This document shows, piece by piece, positions 53,481 to 64,000 of a DNA stretch of 64,000 nucleotides (the stretch's first letter is position 1; each line of letters starts with the position of its first letter). Made by a program: the position numbers and the translations under genes. The stretch covers positions 11,346,001 through 11,410,000 of the forward strand of contig OX597829.1 of NCBI GenBank assembly GCA_951406725.2, in the 5' to 3' direction. Below the pieces are notes generated by a model. It was given only the letters and a program-made list of their open reading frames with translations, ran no database searches and was not told the origin of the DNA. Source of the stretch: Octopus vulgaris (taxonomy: Eukaryota).

Positions 53481-53679
53481 ACGCATACATACATACGTAC
53501 ATACACACACACACACACACACACACATAGGTATATACATACAAATCATTAGCTTAATATTTTAATGGGAAGAGAAAGTAGCTCTCCGTTTCGAACGCTA
53601 ATCCTTCATTCGGAAAGAGAGGGAAATTTAGAGCAAGTGAAAAAGGAGAAATAGTCAATCAACAAGAAGAAAGAAGGTC

Positions 53680-53805
53680 GAAGAAGAAGAAGAAGAAGAA
53701 GAAGAAGAAGAAGAAGAAGAAGAAGAAGAAGAAGAAGAAGAAGAAGAAGAAGAAGAAGAAGAAGAAGAAGAAGAAGAAGAAGAAGAAGAAGAAGAAGAAG
53801 AAGAA
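53680..53805. repeat. (GAA)n tract of about 42 units
   Basis: Seen directly. Confidence 0.97.
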
Positions 53806-55776
53806 ACTAGGTGGGGTATTTTCTTTTGTGGGGGAGTGGAGAAGTGAGGAGGGGTGTAAAGAATGGATGTGGAGATGCATGTATAGTATTGCAAGTGTCC
53901 TGAAACGACCATAAGAAACGACTAGTGCGTGTGTTGATGTATGTATATTGTTAGATAATAGCAAGTGTGGAAGTATACACGCACAGGTGGAGGTTGTGAG
54001 GTTGTGGCGGAGTGAAGGGTGATGTCAGAATTAGAAGTAAAGGAGGAAGGAAAACGTTAGGACCGAAAGCGACAGAACAAGCGACGTAACGCTGAGAAGC
54101 GGTTGATTCGATCTTGTTATTCGTCGAGATCCGGGATGATCGGTAATGGGAAGCTAGTACAAGGAGAGAGTGAATTATGGCCTGGAGTCGGGTTGCGTAA
54201 TCACTCAAGTCCGTACAGCAATTCTTTGATTCTTATCCTGGAGGAGAATAGTTTTCTTTCCTGTCTGAAGTTCGTCATAAGGGAAGAGCATTTTACTTTT
54301 GCCGGCCCATCTTCAGGGATTTTGGTGTGTATACGATAGAGGTTGGATTTTGATTTGTCGACTGCGTGGTAATAAAGCATGTGTTTGAGGAAGTGAGAAT
54401 GAGTGTGACCATGAGGGAAAAAAGACATTGGTGAAATAAATGGGACGGCGAGAGCAATCCCATTTGTGTGTGCGTTAGAGATATATGAAATTTTATGTCA
54501 AAATTACGTAGGAGTGTGAAGCGTTTAAACAGGAAGGTTTATAATAAAACAGGAAAAAGTGAATAAGAGAAAATATGTAAGATTTCTGTATGGTCAACGA
54601 AAATGGTAAAAGTTGCGCAACATTGGTAAAAGGTCCAGAAGCTGGTGGAATATTCAGAGGATGATAAGAAACTAATAAATTCTTCAGACAAGAGATAACT
54701 ATGGGGATAAGCTGGTATCGTCCACAGGGAAGAAATCGATGAATTAAACAGGTTTGAAATTAGAACTTGGCTTTTTTTTTTTTTTTAATTGATGCACATA
54801 GCGTAAAAGATGACATTGTAAACAGAATATATCTCTTGTGAAAAAAGAGTGGAAAGTAGAGGGAGGGATGCAGCAGTTGTGTGTGTGTGTGTGTGTGTGT
54901 TTTATTATTTGCAATTGTCAACGAAAGCAGGAGTAGCGAGTGGAGGAAGAATTTGTGTAAGTGAATATACATGCGGTGGGGTCCATCCACGTACCGGTGT
55001 GTGTGTGTGTGTATTTATGCATGCACAAGTGGAAAGTTGGGACATATACATGAGTGCCAGTATAAGCATGTGTGTGAATGAATGTGTATGAACAATATAT
55101 GTGTGGTGAGGCATCCACCTGCCGGTGTGTATGAGCTAAACAGACAAAACGGTGGTTGAATGTGTTTGAATGTACGTGCATGTGTTAAGAGTAGATCTGT
55201 GCAGGCATGCGCGATACTGCATGACTGTATGTGTGATTATGTAGGCGTTAACATGATGGTGAACGTGTATGTGTCAAGCGGACAAGGTGATAGATGTATA
55301 AAACTGTGTTTATATGCATATGTAAGCGAAAAATGTGGTCACAATAGGATATGTGTATATGTAGAAGCTGTATTAATACACAATGAGTATGGGTGTGAAG
55401 GTAGCGAGGAGTAAGATCTTAGTAGTGAGGAAGAGTGTGTATCGGATTTAATGGAATTACACATCTCTTCGTGTGTAGTTCTTGAATGGGCAAGTACAAA
55501 ATGCAAACTAGAATATTTCATGTAGGAATTCAAACCGAAAGTTGTGTATTATCATGTTTTGTACGTATGTTTCCCTCGAAATTAATGTAAGTGGTATGCT
55601 TAATTCAAGTTGACCACTAACAAATTGGAAAAGTTTTTCTTTTCTTCGCTTGAGACAAGATAGTTCAAGAGATTTATAAAAATGTGTGATTTATAAATGA
55701 GTGTGTGTATTTATGTATGTACACACATACGTACGCATACATCTGTACATACAGATACGTACATATATATATATCT

Positions 55777-55811
<35 letters not shown>

Positions 55812-55856
55812 CGCGCGCGCGCACACACACATACACACACACGCACGCGCACACAA

Positions 55857-55945
<89 letters not shown>

Positions 55946-55948
<3 letters not shown>

Positions 55949-57050
55949 GGGTTGGACAAAATAATGGAAACACCTAAAGTTTTCAAACAAATTTATTTTA
56001 ATATGGAGTAAGACCGCCTTTGGCAGTACTTACAGCTTGAATCCTATGAGGTATGGACTCGTACAAAGTTTGAATTGTTTCCAAAGGAATTTTTGCCCAT
56101 TCTTCATCCAAACAGTCTTCAGTTCTTGTAGTGATGATGGTGGAGGATATTGACTCCTTACTTGTTTTTCTAAAATGCACCATAAAAGTTCAATAATATT
56201 GAGATCTGGGGATTGTGGTGGCCAGATAAGACGTTCACCTTCACTAGAATGTTCCTCATGCTATTCAGTAACAACTTAAACTGTGTGAATAGGTGCATTA
56301 TCATCTTGAAAGATTGCGTTTCCTTCCGGAAACAGTTCCGTAACCATAGAATGAATTTGATCAGATAAAATGCTTAAATAGTCTTGACTATTAATTGTGC
56401 CATGAAAGGAAACCAAACCGGTGGATTTTCAAGATAACCCCCTCCCCGATCATCACAAATCCTCTTCCATGTTTAACAGTTGGAAGAAAGCAGGTGGTCA
56501 GAAATAATGTAAAGGATCACTCGTCCGAGAAAATAACATTCTTCCACTGCTCTAGGGACTATTACTTTAGGTTTTTACTCCACTGTAAATATTTCGCAAT
56601 TTTTGCTTTTGAAAGTAGTGGTTTTCTCATTGCAGCCCTCCCGTGAAATCCGGCTTTGTGCCGCTCCTGGTGGACAGTTTTTGTGGAAACTGGGTCCTCG
56701 ATGTGGTCATTAAGCTCTGCAGTAATTTTGGGAGCTGTACTTTTGTGATCCTTTCTAACAATTCACATCAGATTCCAACAGTCCCTATCTGGAAGTTTTG
56801 GTTTTCTTCTGGAGTTTTGTTTTGACGAGGAGGTTCTTCGCTCTTTCTCCAAGGTTGTCATTTCTTTCGAGAATTTTAATTACTTTTTTCTGATGATATG
56901 TGAAAAGAAACAGCAATTTTAGCAAAACATATTAAGCAACACTAATAATAAATCAAAAAACATAAAAATAAACAAGCTTTTGACAGTTTTATAGATATTT
57001 CACAATTATGATACTATGACGCTAGGTGTTTCCATTATTTTGTCCAACCC

Positions 57051-57053
<3 letters not shown>
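55946..57053 (-). mobile_element. Tc1 element with perfect 31-bp TIRs and decayed transposase
   Basis: CAGGGGTTGGACAAAATAATGGAAACACCTA at both ends within (TA)n; motifs FSDE, FQDDNAPIH, WPPQSPDLNIIE. Confidence 0.95.
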
Positions 57054-57087
<34 letters not shown>

Positions 57088-57187
57088 TGAGTGTGTGGGT
57101 GGGTGTGGGTGGGTGAGTTTGTGTGTGTGTGTGTGTGTGTGTTTGTATGTGTGTGTATGTGTGTGTGTGTGTGCGTGTATGTGTATT

Positions 57188-57485
57188 GGAGACGCGTAGC
57201 CCAATGTTTATGGTGTTGCATTCACAATAGCTAGATTGCGGGGGTCGATTCAGGGATCGGGCAGCACGTTGTGTTCTTGAGCAAGGCACTTCATTTCGCG
57301 TTGCTCCAATCAAGTCAGCTGTAAATGCTTAACCCTGCGACGGACTAGCCTTCCGATCAGGGGATTGTTGGACTTCTTGCCTTGCCGGCAGGGCGGCATT
57401 ATCTGAAAGCTATAACAGTGTGAGGAAACGCATTGTGACCAGCAATGTATAACAACATCCGACGACAGTTTGGGTGATCACGTGA
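57188..57485 (+). mobile_element. tRNA-derived SINE (different family)
   Basis: ggagacgcgtagcccaatg...gggtcgattc...gtgttcttgagcaaggcactt...aaccctgcgacggactag. Confidence 0.6.
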
Positions 57486-57615
57486 TATATATATAAATAT
57501 AAAATTTTAAATAATGAGGGTGATAAATTGAATATTAATTTAATTAACATCAATTTAAAACCAGTAGATTAGCATATAAAAAAATCTGAAAATTCAGAAA
57601 ATTGTAATACATGCG

Positions 57616-57841
57616 TATAATAAAGGATGACCACTAAGTGGACATCCAATATGCTAGAAGAAGATCACATACGATCTAACTACAAGGAAAAGAATGTTCT
57701 CTAGAGAAATTCAGCAAACACCAAAACAGATGAAAATATGCAAAATACAGAATTAATGGTTTCGTCATTAACGATTTTACTTACGTAGGCGATCTTCTTC
57801 TAGCATATTGGATATCTACTTAGAGGTCATCCCTTATTATA
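57616..57841. repeat. About 50-bp imperfect inverted repeat (57616-57666 / 57791-57841)
   Basis: tataataaaggatgaccactaagtggacatccaatatgctagaagaagatc versus its near-inverse. Confidence 0.85.
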
Positions 57842-57926
<85 letters not shown>

Positions 57927-58358
57927 GCCGAAAGGTGTGCGTTTGTTGTATAGCCAAAAGACGTTCGTCTGTAGTTTGTGTATAATTCTAGCTTTCTTGT
58001 TCTTGTTTTCCTTTTTGTATACATTTTTGTTTGCTTTTCACAGAAGCTTAATTCTTTTTTTGCTTAATGTTCTAGCACTTGCCGGATTCGAGCGGTCTCG
58101 GTGGTAAAAAACTGCGAAACTGCTAGGACTATCCGGTCACTGACTGACGAGGGAATCGGCTGCGAATGCTCCGCGTATTTTGTTTTTCGTCCAGTTTCCC
58201 GTTTGCTATGTGATCGTCTATTTTTTCCGTATGTTGTTTTTTGTTGGATTTCCATTTGTTGTGTTCTTTCTGCCCTACCCTTGATTTATCTATGCGGCGC
58301 AACGTACAGTGAAAATTTTTGGGTGGTCCAAATGAGAGTTTAACTCTCATTTCGAGCG

Positions 58359-58397
<39 letters not shown>

Positions 58398-58404
58398 ACA
58401 TTTA

Positions 58405-58443
<39 letters not shown>

Positions 58444-58520
58444 TTGAGTTGTGGGGTATCGCACGAGTGGGATTATATAAGAAAAAAGGTTTGAAAATGC
58501 AATTTAAACGATGTTTATTT

Positions 58521-58561
58521 ACTTAACCGGTTTCACTCTTTGGTAAAAGATTGTCAAAAGT
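58521..58561 (-). ncRNA. Minimal hammerhead variant, core UUGACAA (U3-A8)
   Basis: ACTT-TTGACAA-TCTTT(TACC)AAAGA-GT-GAAA-CCGG-TT-AAGT. Confidence 0.6.
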
Positions 58562-58584
58562 TACATTTAAGGAAACATTGAATA

Positions 58585-58805
58585 ATATGGGTTCAAAAAA
58601 AGTTTTTTACATAATTGTCACATTGAATATTATGCATTCAAAAAAGTTTTTTACATAATTGTCACATTGGATATTATGGGTTCAAAAAAGTTTTTTACAT
58701 AATTGTCACATTGAATATTATGCATTCAAAAAAGTTTTTTACATAATTGTCACATTGGATATTATGAATTCAAAAATGTTTTTTTATACATAATTGTCAC
58801 ATTAT
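58585..58805. repeat. 44-bp minisatellite, about 5 units
   Basis: TTCAAAAAAGTTTTTTACATAATTGTCACATTG(A/G)ATATTATG repeated. Confidence 0.92.
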
Positions 58806-59159
58806 TTGGGAAAATTTGGCAGAAAAGGATAAAACAAATATATTATTGGGAATTGGTTGCGTTAATTATTGGTTGTCGCAAATTGTCACATTACATGTAT
58901 ATATATACAATCTTTGGTATATATATACAGCGTTTTGACAGCAAAAATTAAAATGGATTTTTTGTCCATCTCAGAATATTTTAAGTATGTTTTTACTGAC
59001 CTGTCAGTATTAGCAGAAAGGCTGAACTGAGAGAACAGAAGTAGCCAATGTGGTGTATACTTCCCCTTTATGCATGAATGATTTTGGGGTTATCAGGAGG
59101 TTAGTATGCGGGTGTGAATAGATGTGTCCGTGCCTGCTGGTCAGACAGCGTCTGTTTGT

Positions 59160-60195
59160 CACACACATATATATACACACAAAACACACACACACACAAC
59201 AACACACACACACACACACATAGTATACAAACACAAACCACATACAAACAACACACACACACACAGAACACACACACCCACACACAACGCACCCACATAT
59301 ATCACATATACACACAGCACACAAATATAACATGTATCTATATATAACATACACAGATATATAACACACATACACACACACACACACAACACACGCACAC
59401 ATACATACATAATATAAATATCACACAAATACACCCAGCATATATATATACACACATACAATACACACATACAGCATGTAAGTAATATACATACACAATA
59501 TATGCATGCAATATACATACGCAATACATACATATAATATATATATATATAGACAATGCATATACATATATACACATATACATATAAATAGTGTTTACAT
59601 ACACATACATAGATGTACCACATATACACACAACACACATACATACAATGCATACACATACACGTACGCATACATATAATATATATATACACACACACAC
59701 ACATAACATACATACACACACAATGCATACATATATATACACGCAATGCATATACATGTATTCATGCACATATAGCACACCTACAATATACATATATACA
59801 GTGCACACATACACACAAATATATACACTTAATTGTACACGTACATATACAATACACATACATACAATATACATATATACAATGCGCATGCAAATAATGT
59901 ACATGTTTATACACACATAAACATGCAAATAAATATACACACACACACATACACACACACACATATATATACACATATATATATATATATATACACACAT
60001 ACATACATACATACATGCACATACATATATTTTTTCACACACATACACACACATATATATATAAAAAATTCACCACCCCCCACACACACAAATTACAAAC
60101 CTATAGCGTACACACTCAAATATATCTCTACATGCCGCACATACACACAAACAAAGTACTAACATATACACACATACCATGCATATACACACACA

Positions 60196-60244
<49 letters not shown>

Positions 60245-60480
60245 GATACATATGTAAATACATACACACGTATACAATGCTCACACACACACACACACAC
60301 ACATACACACACACCCGCACACAGTGCACACACACACACACATATATACACACGTGTACACACACAAAAACACATACAACGCGCGCACACACACATATAC
60401 ACACACACGCACACAGTGCACACACACACACACACACACACATACATCACCTACATATATATAATGCATGCGTGTGCATG
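59160..60480. repeat. Degenerate (CA)n/(TA)n tract
   Basis: Seen directly. Confidence 0.9.
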
Positions 60481-60615
60481 CCACGTATGTGTGCGGTCAA
60501 TGCCCGCTAGTGTGTCCTATGCGTGCCGATGCGCGCATGTGCCCGCCCGCACGATATGCTGTGAGCGTGCGCGCGTCCCTGTGTGCTTGCTCTGGATGTG
60601 CTTCCAGGGGGTATG

Positions 60616-62870
60616 TTAGAGTATGTTTAGTTGTGGTCTGTATTTTTGAATAAGATTACTTTCCTTATTTATTCGTGTTTGGTCTGTGGTGTTGTCCGAG
60701 CATTGGTATAGTGGGAAGACTAAGAATTTGGGGGACTTATTGTGTGCACAAAGGTCTAAGTGTCCACTTAGTGGTATCTGTCTTGTGGAGGGGTCCCTCA
60801 GTTGTTGTCGGTGAACTGTCATTCTGTCTCTGAGGGTAAGGCTCGTTTGCCCTATGTAGTCTTCGTGGCATCCTTCACACCTTATGACGTAGAGTAAATT
60901 TTTTGATGCGCACGTGAAGTTATTTTTTATGATGAATGTGTGTCCCGAGTGGAACTTGTACGACGATCCCTCAATGAGGTGGATGCAGGTCTTACAGTTG
61001 GGGCGACCACATTTTTTGATGGTGGGCGGTGGGTTTGTGTTGTGTAATTTTGCGTTGGTGAGGAGGTTTTTTAGGGATTTAGGTTGTCTCTTACTTTTTA
61101 TTATTTTATGAGCTGCCAGTATTTTTTTCAGGCGTGGGTCTTGATTTAGTTGTGGAATGTTGTTGTATATAATAGTGTAAGCTTCTGCATTCCTTGGGTT
61201 GTGTGTTGAGAGATAAGGGAGGCTATTGACTGTACTGTGGATGTGTTTGGGTTTTCGAAGGTCTTGAATGTTGATTGATTTGGCCCGTTCTATTCCGTTG
61301 TCTACTAGTGATGCCGGGTAATGTCTTTCGAGAAGAATTGCCCTTAGTTCCCGGAGTCTTCTATTTCGTGTTGTGTCATTTGAGACAATAGTGCAGATTC
61401 TTCTCGCTAGGTTGAAGGGGATATTTGTCTTTGTGTGTTTTGGGTGATTGGAGGTGAATAGAAGGTATTGTTTAGAGTCAGTGGGTTTGTAATGGATGTC
61501 AGTTTCAATGTTGACGCCTTTTTTAATGATTAGGATGTCAAGAAAAGGGAGTTGGTCCTGACTATATTCCATTGTGAATTGAATGTTGTTATTTACACTG
61601 TTGATAAGGTTTTTGAAGTCTATAAGTTGGTCGAGTGTGTGGGACCATAGGATGAGGCAATCATCTAAGTAGCGTTTCCAGTTCTCCAACAGGTATTTGT
61701 GGAAAGACTGGCCGTACTTATATTTGGATTTTTCATAGATATGTGATTCCAGGTAGGCCATCACCAGGTTTGCATAGGTAGGTGCAACTTTCGTACCCAT
61801 TGCAGTCCCTGAGACCTGTCTGTAAGTGTTGTTGTGGAAATACATGAAGTTGTTTTGCAGAATAAATTTGAGGCCCTCAATTATGAATTCTTTTAATTCT
61901 TTCCGGGATCTCATTGGGATATTTATCCAGCCAGAATTTAATGGCTTCCAGTCCAAATTCATGTGGGATTGTGGTGTAAAGATTAATAACATCAAAAGAA
62001 ACGATTAAGGTGTCTTTATCGGCATGTTTGGGGAGATGGTTTAATAGGTCCAGGTCATCTCTTACAATACTTGGAATGTGTTTCAGTATTGGCTTTAAGA
62101 TGATATCTATAAAGTTGCTAAGTCTGTGTGTTTCACAACTTGGGCCTGCCACTATTGGTCTCAGTTTGAGATCAGTGGGATGTGGTATAGTGATGCAGGT
62201 TGAAGTGGACTTTTTGCAAGCTTCTATGATAATTTGACTCTTGTGTATTTTTGGAAGGCCATAGAGTGTGCTGGTTTTGCAATTAAATTTAGTAATGTAG
62301 TCGCATTCCTTTGCTGTCAAGTCATTCCGGTGTTGGTAAATGAGTGCCTTCAGATTGGTCATTGTTTTGGATTGCTGGTAGTCGACTACTCTTTCGTAGT
62401 ATGTGGTATCCTCTAAAAGGAGAGATACAGAGTTTTTATATTGCTCAGTATTCATAACAACGACCGTACTACCCTTATCAGCTTCCTTTATTGTGACGTC
62501 ATGATTGTCTCGTAGTGTATGGATGATTTCCCATTCTCTTTTACTGGTGTTGGGTTTGAGTTTAGGTTGTGGGAGTTCACCATAAGGGAAGTTGGAGATG
62601 TAATCGCAAAATTTGTCTAAGGTTTTGTTTTTGCCTTTTATGGGATTATAGTTGCTTTTGTTACAGACCATTGATTCGTCGTTATTATTAGTTTTTCTGT
62701 CAAAAAATTCCTCTGTGAGGCGTAATTTTCTGCAAAAGTGCGAGATGTCATCCTGTATTTCCCTCAGGTTAGGGTATTGCGGAGTTGGGGTGAATTTCAG
62801 TCCTCTTGAAAGGATTTTTATTTGTGGTGTCGACAGGTTTAGGTTAGAAAGATTCACTATTTTTGGTTTT
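60616..62870 (-). pseudogene. Penelope RT plus GIY-YIG endonuclease with one frameshift near 61900; N-terminal pieces extend to 64000
   Basis: LSRGLKFTPTP, KEADKG, YGLPKIHK, LRPIV, FDVINLYT, GTAMGT, RYLDD, CGRPNCKTC, LLYVIRC..YIGQT. Confidence 0.93.
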
Positions 62871-64000
62871 TCGGGGTTGGTATCTACCATCTGGTGTCGT
62901 GGAAACTGATGCCCTTGCCTAAAAAAGGAATCCTGGGGTTCTTCTATTTGCGGTATTTTGCTGTATGTGATTCTGTCCCCCGTTGACATGTCTGTTGAAG
63001 AGGTTTTGGTTGTTGTGATTCTGTCCCCCGTTGCTATGTTGTCTGTTGAGGAGGTTTTGGTTGTTCCAGGGTCTGGGTTGTTGGTGTGGCCTCCTGGAAG
63101 AGTTTTGGTTATTCCAGGGTTTGGGTTGTTTGTCCTGGGTGTAATGTTGGTTCCTTAGAGTGGGTTGGAAACTATATTCATGGTTTAGGAGTGAATTCCT
63201 ATATGTTGGGGAGAACTCTGAGTTAGGAGCGGTTTGGGTTGGAATCTACAATCATAGTTCAGAGATGGGTTTCTAAGTGATGGGTAGGATCTCCGAATCT
63301 GGAACGGTTCTTGTGTGGGTTGGGGTCTACGTTGTCTGGTAAAGTTTTGTCGTGTGATGATGGGTGTCTCGGTTCTTTTGATGGGATTGTAGTGCTGTCT
63401 GTAAGTTCTGTTGTTGTTGTTGTCGATGTTAGGGGTGGTGTGTGTTCGGTGTTTTGTGGTTGGTTTTCTTTGTTTTTGGCGAGGGGTGTGAGTTGAAGTA
63501 GATATTTTAAAATATGAGTTGCTTGAAAGGTGTTCCTTTGTGAACTCTGTTTCATAATTGGTGAACCAGCTGTTTTTTTCCCTTCGCTGGAGGGATGTTA
63601 TTTCTTCATCCTCGCAGTTTTTTCTCCAGAGTTTGGTGGTTTCATCAAGGAGTGCTCCTTCACAGTGTTTTGAGATTTCAATCTGCATTTCATTGTCAAG
63701 GGTCTTGGATTTTTCTTCACTGGTGTTGGCTCTGAGCCGCAAGAGTTCTACTTCCGTTTTGAATTTTTCAAAAGCTAGTTTCTCCCTGAGGTTTTTTTGG
63801 TTTTCTGGTTCATTTTGGATGGGTTTTATTTGTAGTTTTCTGGGTAGGATGATAGGGGTGGAGTTGAGCCACTTTTCATAAATGTCAGCTTTGTTGTTAT
63901 TTTTTATGAAATTCCAGAAGGCAAACTTACGCGCTTTGAGATTTTTACTCCAGGTGTTGTTAAGAGAGCTTTTAATTGAGAAGCAGTCTTTAGTTTGCTC

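Larger units (their letters stand above)
58440..64000 (-). mobile_element. Neptune-type Penelope-like element (runs off the window end) with long simple-repeat 3' region and probable pLTR
   Basis: RT plus Cys linker plus GIY-YIG; hammerhead variant 2.1 kb downstream on the same strand. The 3' boundary is inferred. Confidence 0.8.

Noticed and set aside
53583-53618. Hammerhead-like remnant CGAATGA...GAAACG-GA on the minus strand, with possible Penelope remnant to about 54430
   Set aside because: Core and cleavage site are both broken and the nearby peptide is not diagnostic.
58112-58160. GAAA...CTGACGA as a permuted hammerhead
   Set aside because: Stems I-III cannot be formed.

Overview
Eukaryotic, AT-rich, microsatellite-dense window with no recognisable host gene. 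It is a nested cluster of mostly decayed transposable elements. The SINE types and the (TA)n/(CA)n/(GATA)n content suggest a cephalopod (Octopus-like) genome, which is inference only. Contents: a 3.9-kb ACC/ATC/ACA low-complexity satellite; mariner and Tc1 elements with TIRs and TA target duplications; three Tx1/L1-clade LINEs; RTE and CR1-group LINE fragments; a decayed RepHel Helitron with derivatives; and four Penelope-like elements (two Naiad-type, one Neptune-type, one 3' fragment) plus solo pLTR pieces. The strongest signal beyond the ORF track is a set of 13 readable type-I hammerhead ribozyme motifs from about five sequence families. Nearly all have a palindromic stem III, and they include U3-A8, U3-G8 and U6 core variants and branched stem-II insertions. 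Two other notable patterns: Tx1 LINEs whose five termini all abut (TATC)n, suggesting microsatellite-specific targeting, and a 7.8-kb inverted duplication with a snap-back templated junction. All calls were made by eye and boundaries are approximate unless TIRs define them.
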